Shown: positions 36,029 through 47,931 of the stretch, in pieces
How positions within the stretch are numbered: position 1 is the first letter of the stretch
Layout of the letters: every line of letters begins with the position of its first letter
Assembly: GCA_950097015.1 (NCBI GenBank)
Contig: CATNEN010000038.1
Location: 31,930,001-31,994,000 of the forward strand
Direction of reading: 5' to 3'
Source of the DNA: Macrostomum hystrix
Taxonomy: Eukaryota; Animalia; Platyhelminthes
DNA length: 64,000 bases
Notes under the pieces: generated by a model
Told to the model about the DNA's origin: nothing
Databases searched by the model: none
Seen by the model: the letters and a program-made list of their open reading frames with translations, nothing else
Program-made: the position numbers and the translations under genes

Positions 36029-36537
36029 GCACGATTCGCAAGATTGATTTCTAGGAAACATGATCTCACGCGATCAGCCAGTGCAAGTGTATTAATCGGG
36101 TGTTGTCCGCTAACAATCGACTTAATAATTATATTTTTGAGGACATTAAGTAGAGCATCGCCACGCTTCTATCACATTTTGGCTCTGCTTTTCTATCGCT
36201 CTTTTAATAATACTACTGAACTATCAGTAGTCTGTCTCGTTCGCTCGCTTTTCTTTTTTTTCTGCTTTATTTTTAGAAAAGAAGCTGTTGTAAGTTATTT
36301 AAAGTATTTTTAGCGCAATCGCTAACCTTTGCTATCGATTTTTGTCCTTTCGGTTTAATCTCGCCGTAAGTAGGATACACAAGCCCGCATGTATATTTAT
36401 TCATTTTTTTAAAAAGACATTGCTATGCATTTCGCTACTTCAGGTTGTTCAGGTTGTTTATTATTCTTAAAGAAAGCAGAGCTGAATTATTCCTGAATTT
36501 TTTAACAAATCAAGCGATAGATAAATATCGATAGATA

Positions 36538-36652
36538 GGTATTTGTGAGTTTCGTGTGCTTGCGTTGTTCAGTTCGAGTGCAGCACAAAAAATTGTCATG
36601 GTGGGAGATAGTTCTACTGTTAATGAAGCAGATATATACTAGCTAGTGTCAA
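36538..36652 (+). repeat. 115-bp duplicate of 38851-38965 (dispersed repeat family also at 55193-55552)
   Basis: GGTATTTGTGAGTTTCGTGTG...GCTAGTGTCAA reads identically at both places. Confidence 0.9.
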
Positions 36653-38159
36653 TAGATAATAGCTGACAAAAAAGGACCCGAAGTTTGAGTTTTTCACCTA
36701 GTGTTGGCACCGGATGATAGCGAAATGCATGCTTTTTTGTCATTTTGACACTCGGATATGACTAAGTTCTTACATGCCCGCCTTTGGCTCTTTGTAAATA
36801 ACAGGTCTTTGTGAAATTCAACCCGAATTGTTATTCTAGTTGTCTAGCTTTATGTACATAAAGTTTTAACTAATCTACAAAGTCATCCGTTAAGATTATC
36901 TTTCATTTATAAAATACTAGGCATTGTTCTCCTCTAGTTGCTGTAAGACTGATGCAATGATGCAATTTTTGTTCCTTCATAGATAAAGAGTCGTTAAAAC
37001 ACACAAAAATCCCTGAATCAGAACTAGCCATTTTTAAAGTGCGCAAAGTTTTTTTTAAAGACATTTTTAGCGATTTTCTTCAATCCTTCAAATTTTATTT
37101 ACTTTTTCTGTTCGCTCCGGCATTGCTGGTGTTTCTTCATCTCATTGCATTTAAACAAATTGAAACCTGTTTATTTGTTTATTTATTCGACAAAAATTCG
37201 TTAATTCTTTCAAATTTTTTAATCCTATTTTTATCCTACCTAGGCATAATGAGCGCGGCAGATTGAGTGGCGTACAACACGAATATCATTGCGCGAAACT
37301 AATTTTTTAGAGTTCAAACACACAGATAGGCGCTCTCTTTTCAAAGTTTAGCTCTGAGAATATTCCTGGAAATGTTGTAAATAGTCTTGGCGTCATCGTC
37401 CTTCGAACTCACCCCTGTTGAACCTGTTACTTTCTCATTTTATTTAACAAATGTTAAGCTCGTATGGTAATCAAACACTTTTCCGGCTTCGTTTTATTTG
37501 TTTAAATTTTGGTTTTCCGGTTCGACTAAACGACTTAACGACTTCGACCTAAAAGCACTCAGATAGATGGCAGACTACGGTTTAATCAATATATTCCTAA
37601 ATTTCATTATTCGAGCTGCATGCTTTTATCCTTTTTATCTCATAACATTGCCTAAGCAAGAATATATAGGAACATGATGTAACAATAATATTAGATTTTT
37701 AGTTTTAAAACCAAAACTTCTTCATTTCCTAATCTCTTCATGAGTTTGTTAACAAAATTTCGCATCCATGTGTCATCCCGGCTCCCTGCTAAATCTAAAA
37801 TGTTTAATAAATATCACAATTATTTTCATTCTGTTTCGCTTTTTGTCTATCCAGAATTTGTCAGCAAGTTGCTATGCGTAATATTTAGGTCTTTTTAATT
37901 TAACTAACAATATAATAGGTGTACTACCTACAGTAGGATTTAGAAATTTCGCTTATCACATGTATTAAGGTGTATTTCCGTTGCTATCACGTTTTTAACT
38001 ATGCGCTAAACTATGAGGAAAAAATTGTGATTTGAAAGCGTTTTACCATCAACAAGACAATGTCGAAACAAAGAGAAAGAATGCTAAAATTAGTTTTTTT
38101 GAACGATAAAATTGTGACTGGCTTGACTTAAATCATTTTACAGCTACCCGCTAAAAATA

Positions 38160-38670
38160 GGGATGTTTCTTTGGGTGATTCCAGTTGGAATCTGCGGTGT
38201 TTCCAGAAAAAGAAACAGCCGAACGCTGGAAACATACCAATCGGATGATTCCATGCTTGGAATCTACCCAACTGGGCGTTTTCTCGGTGCTTCTTGGTGG
38301 CGAAATGGAATCACCCAAAGAATACTCCAGTTCGGAAGATTTCATGCTCAGAAACCAACCGCCGAGGAATCGCCCGTAAATAATTCTCTGGCTGTCCCAT
38401 GGGCCACTGGTTCGGGTGATTCTTCGGCGGTTTCCGCACAATTTACGGTTACATCGGCTGCTTCCTGGGTGGTTTCTTTAACTCTTGCGAGATAGGGGGG
38501 ATTTTGGTAGATTCCACTCCTATTTTGCACAAAAAACCCGCCGAAGAAGCAGCCGAATTTTTTACAGGGTACTTATTTGCAACTTATATTACCACTAGTA
38601 CCGACTGCTTTAAGTTGGACTACCAAACCATTTTGCCGGCCCTTATTATATACCAGCGGGGAATTCCCCC
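38160..38670. repeat. Cluster of imperfect inverted repeats (foldback/MITE-like remnant)
   Basis: Pairs TCTTTGGGTGATTCCA / TGGAATCACCCAAAGA; CCGCCGAGGAATCGCCCG / CGGGTGATTCTTCGGCGG; CGGCTGCTTC / GAAGCAGCCG. Confidence 0.6.
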
Positions 38671-38684
38671 ACCCCAGACAAGAC

Positions 38685-38965
38685 GATGGTGTCCTGTGGT
38701 TGAGCTGCGCCTAATAGTAAGGCTTGATCAGTGAAATTGGAGAAATTCGCGTCAGGGTGTCCATAGTGGCCAGAAACATTGAATATCTCGCCGGTCTAAA
38801 GAGCTGGCGACTTGATTCTTGTTTCAGAAGATGCGCAACAAAAGTTTGTCGGTATTTGTGAGTTTCGTGTGCTTGCGTTGTTCAGTTCGAGTGCAGCACA
38901 AAAAATTGTCATGGTGGGAGATAGTTCTACTGTTAATGAAGCAGATATATACTAGCTAGTGTCAA
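38685..38965 (+). repeat. Dispersed repeat, internally deleted relative to 55193-55552
   Basis: Collinear with 55193-55280 and 55423-55552, lacking ~140 bp in between. Confidence 0.85.
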
Positions 38966-39114
38966 AGTTTCCCACAGTACTGCTAAATTTTAGTCTTCTC
39001 GTTTTAGACTACGCTGCGTGTCGGCAAACTTATAATCTCGCGAGCCAAAGAGAGAACCTAAAAGACGACAGCAGGCCGCATTAACTGTAGAAATATAGGG
39101 GAGAGATCTCTGAC

Positions 39115-39427
39115 ATAGGGGAGAGATGAGACAGGGGAGAGATGAGACACGGGAGAGATGAGACAGGGGTGAGATGAGACACGGGAGAGATGAGACACGG
39201 GAGAGATGAGACACGGGAGAGATGAGACAGGGGTGAGATGAGACACAGGAGAGATGAGACAGGGGTGAGATGAGACACGGGAGAGATGAGACAGGGGAGA
39301 GATGAGACACGGGAGAGATGAGACAGGGGTGAGATGAGACACGGGAGAGATGAGACAGGGGTGAGATGAGACACGGGAGAGATGAGACAGGGGAGAGATG
39401 AGACACGGGAGAAATGAGATACGGGAG
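39115..39427. repeat. 16-bp minisatellite GAGATGAGACACGGGA
   Basis: Visible tandem array. Confidence 0.95.
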
Positions 39428-40320
39428 GTGAAGAGGAAAAAGGATACCCCTGAATTACGCTCTATTTAGCTATGATGATTAGTATAGCCAATTTTTTAAT
39501 TTAACGATCATTATAATTAATCAAAGAAGCAAAAAGCAGAACATGCTTCTAAGAGTAAAAACAGGTGCCCATTGTGCCAAGCCACAGCTATAGCAAAGTT
39601 TTTAGTACGAAAAAGTTCAGCGTACGTCTTCTAAAGATCAGAAATAAAAAGAACAAAAAATATTTTTGCATCTGTGATCTTTGCGCAGTTGAAAAGCGTC
39701 ATTGAAAACAATAGCTCGTACATCCGCAACAGTGGCAATAGAAATTGAAATCACCAACTGTCGCAACTGGTTGGACACCAAATAGGCTCAGACAGGCAAT
39801 GTCTCCTCACAGCACGCGGAACTTGACCCAGTCAGCGCTCGTCTCGATCTCCTCTTCCACCTGAGCGTCAGTGAACAGAAGTTTTTTGTTATACTTCAGT
39901 GGTCCTTGGGATTTACTGTGTACTACCATCAGTAGCTAGTCTACAATGCAGTTATTAAAATGTCATTAACCTCAGTTCTATTTTTGCGCTAATATGCAGT
40001 TGTCGAAATTTACCGTTAAGCATCAACCAACAGCATGTGGATTCTTATAGTTTGCATTTTCACTCAATCTACTTTCAATTTATGAGTCATTAGCTGTGCT
40101 GTTAATGGCTTATTTAAACTTTTCAGGCAAGAAATTTTGGGCAAAATACTCTGCTCTCTCATCTCAATGAAGATCTACCTTTTGCTTTAACAACAAATCT
40201 TCGATCGCGTATCAACACCATCAAAGAAGTCCTTGAGGTAAAATCTGGTACATAATGGGTGCTAGTTGTCACTGTAATGAAAAAAATTATCGACAATCAT
40301 TTCTCAGGGGTTAGAAATCG

Positions 40321-43300
40321 TCAAGTCCTATCCTCCACCAGCTGAATCAGTCGATCCAGTCGCTCCTCCATCGCTCGCAGCCGGTCCGATTCTCGGCTTC
40401 GAGCCAATCGTTTCAGCGAGCGCAGATCATCAGCTCGCTGATCCTCCAGCTTCTGCAGGCGGGCCAGCTGTCTAGCCAATGCCTCGTCCAGGTCGGAATG
40501 AACTTCTGCTAGAGCATTTTTAGTGTGCGACTTCAACCCGTCTGCGTCGGAGCGGTTGGCCTCCAATTGTCTAGACAGACCGGAACGCGAGCGTCGGAAG
40601 TGAGAAGCTTGGAATTCTAGGAATCTGATGTACTCCTGAGGGTAGTCCGACTCTGCCAGCCACCAGCACTGTGGGAAGAAAAGTAGGTCAAGTAGGTCAG
40701 TCGCAAGGGGCGCCCGTTTCATTTTGGAGCCCGTTTTTAAGACGTCTAGACCATTGAGAAAACATTCGGTTTTATTCGCTATGGCATGAGTTCTTAGCGG
40801 TTATTTGTTAGTCGGGAGTTCCAATCTCAGCCAAAAGAAAACAATGTCTATCCTGGAGCAAGTTACGAGCATTTAACTCCCTAAATAGGGACGGTCTCCC
40901 CAGTCCACGGACTCTAGATCTGTACACAGCCTTAGAAAGGGCTGCGCTAAAGGGGGTGAGTGGCAAAGCGGTCTAACGCGCGTGCCTCTCGCAACAAGGT
41001 ACCTGAGCTCGATTCCTTGGCGGGGCCACATTCATTTGGGCGCAACTGCGGAGAGAAGGATTGGGTGCTTGTCGTGCAATTTACGGCCTTTGAGGGCCAG
41101 CCTCCCATGCACAGTGAAAGTGTACATTGCCTAACGATGAGAAAGTCAGGGCAGATGTACGCACCTGTGTGAGTGTGTGCCAACAAACGATATCTGTGTA
41201 CCAGTAGTCAACGGAATGGGCAGAATTGCCTCCTCGCTGGCTGTGGGTCTAGTTTCAGCACTATGTGACATTGCTCGCAGCCCTCCGGCGATTATAATAA
41301 TTATTATTATTAATGTATTATTGAGGACTGCGCCACAGCTATAGGCCTTTTGAGTAAGTTTATTTTGCTTAAAACGTAGAGTAAGTTTTAAGCAAAGAGG
41401 ACTTCAAACCTTGGTCTCTGTTTCGCTTCCAACTTTCGCCTTTATTCTTCGGCACCTGTCGCACAGCAGCATTAGCTGGTAGGCGTAGTAGAAGAAGGAC
41501 ACCGGCGGAGGCACTGGCCCGGCTCTTTTGTATTCGAGCAGCATGCGATAGTATGACCTGCGCCAGATGCCGCGAGCTTTGCTAGACATCATGCTCACGC
41601 GCAGGTTGAACAGCGCAATCAGCAGGTTCAGCATTACCAGATTGCACACCAGTAAGAAGGCGTAACGGGCGAAATTGTCGAACACTCGATAGCCGATTGG
41701 GTGGGCAGCCTCGCCACTGATTGACTGGTTGCCATCCTGAGCAGCGACCAGGTTCTGTGGGAAGTCGCTAAACAGCAGCTTCAGCGGCATAGTGTATACC
41801 TGAACGAATGCGTCGATTCCGTAGCTATCTGATCCAGTCTCAGAAGACAGCGCGGTAACCACTGAGAACAGGAGGTTGAAGAAAAACACACCGAACGAGT
41901 ACACTATGACCAGGATAATAGCCAGGAAGGGCAGCAGGTCTCGGATGAGCAAGTGAACTAGCATGGTTATCACCGGTCCGATCTGCTCAGAGTAGCTCAG
42001 AAACGATACCGAACGAAATCCCCAGAGCAGGTAGGAGGTGCTCAGAATCATTTGACACGTGTAAACAGTTGGGTGCGTTGGGATATTGTTGAGTACCAGC
42101 TTCCAAATTATTCCAATCCACATAAATATCAGCGCCGAGCAGTCGAAGTAGTTCAGAATCTCTTGAAAATACTCCGGGCAGAAGCAGGTGAGACCGCTGC
42201 GCCTCGAGTGGTACCTGCGTCTGCGCTGGCTGTGGGTGAAGTCGTTCAATTCGTGAGCAGTAAGTGATAGTGTGTACAGAAGCAGGACGATATCGGGACC
42301 AAAGTTATTAAATGTCTTCTTAAAGTCCATAATATACCATGCAAAGTAGATTAGGAACAAGCTAAAACCGAAAAACTGAACGTAGAATTTGGTCTTAGGC
42401 GAGGCTGCACTCGCTGTGTCCCTGGCGCAGCCTTCCCATTCTTGCTTTGCCAGCTCGTACATGCAGTCGGTGGCGAACAAGTCATCGCAATCGGCCTCCT
42501 GAATGAGCTGCAGCACTGTGTGATAGCTGTCCGCGGTGTTAGAGCTCTGCTCAGAGCAGTCACACGAGCAACTCTTCGTCGATATCACACAGCCACATGC
42601 GTCGTCATTCAGTGTTCTGCAAGAAAAACGAGGACCTGAGATTGTTCGGCCCTTCTTTTTGATGTCTCCTCGAATGTACTTAAACAGAAGCTCCTTCTCT
42701 TGCTGATTGGCACTCGCGAACAGTTCGTCGAATGCGTTGACAACAATGCAGACGATTGCACCCTGCAGGCGTCTCAGTTGTTCGTGCCGACCCTTCTTAC
42801 TGCCGATCTTGGGCTTCATCTGGATGAGCAAGCTGATGCACGCTGGAATCAGCTGAAACTGCCTGGTCAGGACGAGGTCTGGTAGAATTTCCAGCTTCTC
42901 AAAACGAAAGCAAAAATCAATAATGAGCATCTCAGAGGTTTCATCGTCCTTCAGCCTGTTTTCTCGAAAGAATTCATCGAGTTCCTTCTCAGAGAAGTCC
43001 TCCAGTTCTCTGTGCTGAGCTCTTATCTTGAGCTGCTCGTGGACGAGGTCGCGAAAGTTGTTTCCAGTTTTGGGCGATATTAAACCCAGCCTGAGCCCGC
43101 TGCGCAGGATTTTGGGAGAGTCGAGTTGCACAGCTCTCAATAGAATCTTTAGATCAGTCTGTCCGCGAGCACTTTCTCTTGTCCCCGAGCCTCGCGTGTC
43201 CGAGATACCCGCGTCTCGCTGAATGGTGACTCGCATCGACTCATCCGATATCGAGGCCAACAAATGGCGAGCCGTGGAACGGTCTGGCAGTTTCAGTGAC

Positions 43301-44470
43301 CTGTTGGCAGGATCAATCAGACGTAGCAAGTCAATTCGATGAACTCCTGGCAAACCGGATATGATTCCCAGCTTGCCTTTGTCGTAGCCAAAGTCGATGC
43401 ACGACATTCCCTCCTGCGTTTTCTCAGCGAGTCGCAAGCCGCACTTCATCAAGTACTGCATATTTTCTTCGTGACCGGCTTCGCAAGCAAAGTGCAAGCT
43501 TGTGGCCCCCTTATTAGGTCCCCTTGAAACTGCCAAGTGTAACATTTCAGAGACCTGCATGTCGGATAGGTCGGCTAGAGGCTTGGCTAGGACCTTCAGT
43601 CTGTACCTGCCCGCGAATGCGTGGACAGCATGGAGACCGCTCGAATTTGAGAGAAACTTTCTAAATCTGGACTTTTGCTTTTTATCCATCGCAGCCATTG
43701 TTAGGATTTCTGCAAAAACACTGGCATCAATCACGGAGCCATGCAGACAGGTCTGGCCAAGATTATTCTCCGACGACTTGTCGACTCCAGCTTCCATCAC
43801 TTTGTTCAGCGTGGCAAAGAACTCATCAGCCGACTGACCAAGGCGATCGTTGAGGAACACAGCATGGGCCAGAGTGTTTCTGTCGACGTCGACATGCTTG
43901 AACTCTCGGGACAGCTTTTCTGATTCACTAATTATGCCCAGAGCGCCGCTGTTCCATCCGGTACAGGCGTAGAACAGCATATTCCTGCCTGACGCGTCTG
44001 CAAAACCCACGAGCTTGCTGGACAACGACTTCCCCAGCAGGGACAGGCTGCTGGCATGCCGCATTGCCAGATGCATCACCGTCTGATCCAGTTTGTTGGT
44101 CCACAGCCAGCAATTGGACTCGAAATTTCTAACGGCTGCGACATCGATGATTTCGCATCTCTGACAGTCCGCCGCATAGTGTAGGCAGGTGTTGCCGTCT
44201 TCGTCACGTAGTTCAACAACTGTGGCCTTAGCCTGCCTGACCAGCTGAGCCGCCGTCTCCACGCTGCAGTGACGAACAGCCAGGTGCAGCACCGACTGGC
44301 CCTTTTTTGTTCTGCGCTTGAAGACAAGTGGCATTCGTCTGACTCACTAAAGCATCAATCTTTTCGTCGCAGTCGACATTGAGAGCAGCATAGTGGGCGC
44401 TCCTATTGCCATCAGCATCAGCGGCATCTGGAATGCCTAGGCCATTGTCGGATAGTCGTAGCCAAAGTCG
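40321..44470 (-). CDS. Ankyrin-repeat TRP channel with TRPM-like pore and TRP domain; exons ~44470-41410 (1-nt frameshift at ~44300-44308) and 40668-40321
   Basis: Multiple ankyrin repeats (GQSVLHLAV, DGNTCLHYAA, GATSLHFAC), a multi-pass TM region, S4-S5 linker IGPVITMLVHLLIRDLLPF, S6 NLVMLNLLIALFN, TRP box IWRRSYYRMLLEY...PVPPP, and a C-terminal coiled coil in the last exon (AAG|GT...AG|TGC, phase 0). The 5' end is unresolved. Confidence 0.85.
40951..41320 (+). mobile_element. SINE family A, full-length copy in the TRP intron (antisense to the gene)
   Basis: Collinear with 1500-1850 including A/B boxes, hairpin core, 3' stem-loop and (ATT)n tail. Confidence 0.88.
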
Positions 44471-44472
44471 CC

Positions 44473-45530
44473 ACCCTCACTCCCCAACTACAGTCCTTCT
44501 GAAGACACCCTCACTCCCCAACTCCAGTCCTTCTGAAGACACCCTCACTCCCCAACTACAGTCCTTCTGAAGACACCCTCACTCCCCAACTCCGGTCCTT
44601 CTGAAGACACCCTCACTCCCCAACTACAGCCCTTCTGAAGACACCCTCACTCCCCAACTACAGTCCTTCTGAAGACACCCTCACACCCCAACTACAGTCC
44701 TTCTGAAGACACCCTCATTCCCCAACTACAGTCCTTCTGAAGACACCCTCACTCCCCAACTCCGGTCCTTCTAAAGACACCCTCACTCCCAAACTCCAGT
44801 CCTTCTGAAGACACCCTCACTTCCCAACTACAGTCCTTCTGAAGACACCCTCACTCCCCAACTACAGTCCTTCTGAAGACACCCTCACTCCCCAACTCCG
44901 GTCCTTCTAAAGACACCCTCACTCCCAAACTCCAGTCCTTCTGAAGACACCCTCACTCCCCAACTACAGTCCTTCTGAAGACACCCTCACTCCCCAACTA
45001 CAGTCCTTCTGAAGACACCCTCACTCCCCAACTCCAGTCCTTCTGAAGACACCCTCACTCCCCAACTACAGCCCTTCTGAAGACACCCTCACTCCCCAAC
45101 TCCAGTCCTTCTGAAGACACCCTCACTCCCCAACTCCGGTCCTTCTAAAGACACCCTCACTCCCAAACTCCAGTCCTTCTGAAGACACCCTCACTTCCCA
45201 ACTACAGTCCTTCTGAAGACACCCTCACTCCCCAACTACAGTCCTTCTGAAGACACCCTCACTCCCCAACTCCAGTCCTTCTGAAGACACCCTCACTCCC
45301 CAACTACAGCCCTTCTGAAGACACCCTCACTCCCCAACTCCAGTCCTTCTGAAGACACCCTCACTCCCCAACTACAGTCCTTCTGAAGACGCCCTCACTC
45401 CCCAACTACAGTCCTTCTGAAGAAACCCTCACTCCCCAACTACAGTCCTTCTGAAGACACCCTCACTCCCAAACTCCAGTCCTTCTGAAGACACCCTCAC
45501 TCCCTAACTCCGGTCCTTCTAAAGACACCT
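44473..45530. repeat. 34-bp minisatellite CCCTCACTCCCCAACTACAGTCCTTCTGAAGACA, ~31 copies
   Basis: Begins where the TRP ankyrin coding sequence ends. A minus-strand donor-like GTAGGT lies at 45532. Confidence 0.97.
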
Positions 45531-45544
45531 ACCCTGATTTATTC

Positions 45545-45845
45545 CCCCGTCTTATCCTTCAGCTTCAGGTTTCTCCCATCTTATCATTCAGCAGCTTCAG
45601 GTTTCTCCCGATTTATCTTTCAGCAGCTTCAGGTTTTTCCTGTCTTATCCTTCCGAACCTTTAGGTTTCTCCCGTCTTTTCCTTCCGAACCTTCAGGTTT
45701 CTCCCGTCTTTTCCTTCAGCATCTTCAGGTTTCTCCCGTCTTTTCCTTCAGCAGCTTCAGGTTTCTCCCGTCTTTTCCTTCAGCAGCTTCAGGTTTTTTT
45801 CGTATAATCCCTCGGCAGCTGCATGTTTCTCCCGTCTTATCCTTC
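45545..45845. repeat. Degenerate 32-bp minisatellite CAGCAGCTTCAGGTTTCTCCCGTCTTTTCCTT
   Basis: About 9 diverged copies adjacent to the 34-bp array. Confidence 0.85.
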
Positions 45846-47157
45846 GTCTTAGCATGAGGTAATTGTGAATGGATATGAGAGAAAGGGAAAAGAGAAAGAG
45901 AAATGTTGAGATAATTAATTAAAAGTTAACATTTTAAATAAAATGAACCTCCTTGAGTTCTACTATTTATCCCACGATTTGTTCCAATAGTTTAATTGAT
46001 GCACAGTGGTTGCCTTTTGCCTTTTGCAGCATTATGCCAGAATCAAACAGCAACTTCAAGTGCAGTGTTACCAAATTGCCTAAATTCATCAATAGCTAAA
46101 TAGTTATAGTTATGAATAAAATTAGATAAATATATATATCCTTTCAGTCTAATTATTTTACTTTTAATTTAGTCATGTTCTCATGCAGTCTATTAAAATC
46201 AGGATATTTATCTTGATTCCTGACTATAGCTTCTTTTGTATTGCTAATTTGAATATTACATCATTAAAATCTGTAAATTCACTACAGAAATACCAGAAAA
46301 TATTGCAAAACTATCAATTATTCTTTATTTTGCACAAACAGCAACTAAGAGCTTTAAAATTACAGTAATTCGGGTCCGAAAACTAACTAAATTGCTTTGC
46401 AGAAATGCATGCTTTGTACGTTGCCTTTTTTAATATACGGTAAATGCAATAAATGTGACCATCTTTGAAATTACTTTTTACACACTTTTTGGCGTTCCCT
46501 AACAACATGTGATGTCTCAAATTGTTCAGAAATGATTACAGAACATTTATATGCAGTTTTGTCTCGCTTTTACTCGTTCTAGCGTTTAAAAAACGAGTTT
46601 CAAAGATGCATAATGAAAACCATTTGGCGAAAATCGGTCAATCGACCTCCAGAAAAAGTAAGATTTTTTGCATTTTCTCTGCTCTTTTCTCACAGTTTTT
46701 TTCTCTAAAACATAATACATATATTGAAGAATATTTATGTAGAGTTGCATCTTTAATAGAGCCTTTCCATTTTGAAAACAAGATAAAACTGTTGGCATCG
46801 CCTTATAGAAAGACATCATAACGCGCGGTTTTTTTTTATTTTGCAGGTCCCTGATTTTTTATCACACTATGAAACTTATACCATTCGAAAGAAAATTTTA
46901 TATAGAAAAAAATGAGACCATTTGCAACAAAAAGTGTTGTACTGTTGATGAGAAATCAGCAGTTTTCTCAGGGTAGTAAGGCAGGGCAGGCAAGCATTGT
47001 CAATTTCGGTGCTAGCTGGCCCGCTTGGGAGGAACACAATGATGCGGTCCAGTTTTTCTCATACATATTAAAGGTGGGTCGCGCGGAGCGAGTTTTCAAA
47101 CCAAACCCCTCTCTGCTCCACTCAGCTATCTTGCTCTCGCCATCCCAGCCAGCAATC

Positions 47158-47931
47158 ATGAGCGCGCCTGCTGCTGCTCCCGCTGCCGCCGCCCCGGCCA
47201 AGAAGGTGCCGAAGCCGAAGAAGCCTGCCAAGCCGAAGAGCCACCCGTCCTACACTGACATGATCAATGCTGCCATCGCGGCTCTCAAGGAGCGCAAGGG
47301 CTCTAGCCGTCAGGCAATCGTCAAGTATCTGCACGCCAACTACAAGTTCGACGCCAACGAGAAGGTCGATGTCTACGTCAAATCCGCCCTAAAGGCCGGC
47401 AGCAAGAGCGGTCGCTACACCCACACTAAGGGTGCCGGCGCCAGTGGCTCCTTCCAGTTGGCCAAGAAGGCCGAGAAGGCCGTCGCCAAGAAGCCGAAGT
47501 CGCCGAAAGCCAAGAAGCCAAAGTCGCCAGCCGTCAAGAAGGCAAAGTCGCCGGCTGCCAAGAAGCCGAAGTCGCCAGCCGCCAAGAAGGCCAAATCGCC
47601 TGCCGCCAAGAAGCCGAAGACGCCCAAGGCGAAGAAGGCCGCCAAGTCGCCTGCCGCCAAGAAGACCAAGAAGGCCCCGGCCGCCGCCCCAGCCGCTGCC
47701 GCTCCGGCTGCCGACGCCACCGCAGCTCCGGCTGCTGCTCCGGCCGCCGCCGCTCCGGCGACGCCGAAGGCTGCGAAGAAGCCGAAGGCGGCCGCGGCCA
47801 AGAAGACGCCCAAGGCGAAGTCAGCCGGCGGAGCAGTCAAAAAGGCTAAGTCGCCGGCCAAGGCCAAGAAGGCGGCGCGGCCGAAGAAGACGCCAACTAA
47901 GAAGGCCGCCGCCAAGCCAGCGAAAAAGTGA
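47158..47931 (+). CDS. H1: Linker histone H1 (257 aa, intronless)
   Basis: Globular domain HPSYTDMINAAIAALKERKGSSRQAIVKY...KGAGASGSFQL and a Lys/Ala/Pro tail with KSPxxK repeats. TATA-like TATATTAAA at ~47065 supports ATG 47158 over 46912. Confidence 0.96.
   Translation: MSAPAAAPAAAAPAKKVPKPKKPAKPKSHPSYTDMINAAIAALKERKGSSRQAIVKYLHANYKFDANEKVDVYVKSALKAGSKSGRYTHTKGAGASGSFQLAKKAEKAVAKKPKSPKAKKPKSPAVKKAKSPAAKKPKSPAAKKAKSPAAKKPKTPKAKKAAKSPAAKKTKKAPAAAPAAAAPAADATAAPAAAPAAAAPATPKAAKKPKAAAAKKTPKAKSAGGAVKKAKSPAKAKKAARPKKTPTKKAAAKPAKK

Noticed and set aside
39805-39940. Short minus-strand coding-like stretch (…KKLLFTDAQVEEEIETSADWVKFRVL-stop)
   Set aside because: Too short, with no recognisable homology or convincing upstream exon.
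46912-47157. N-terminal extension of H1 in the ORF track
   Set aside because: It overlaps the TATA-like box and 5' UTR. The typical H1 start MSAPAAAP is at 47158.
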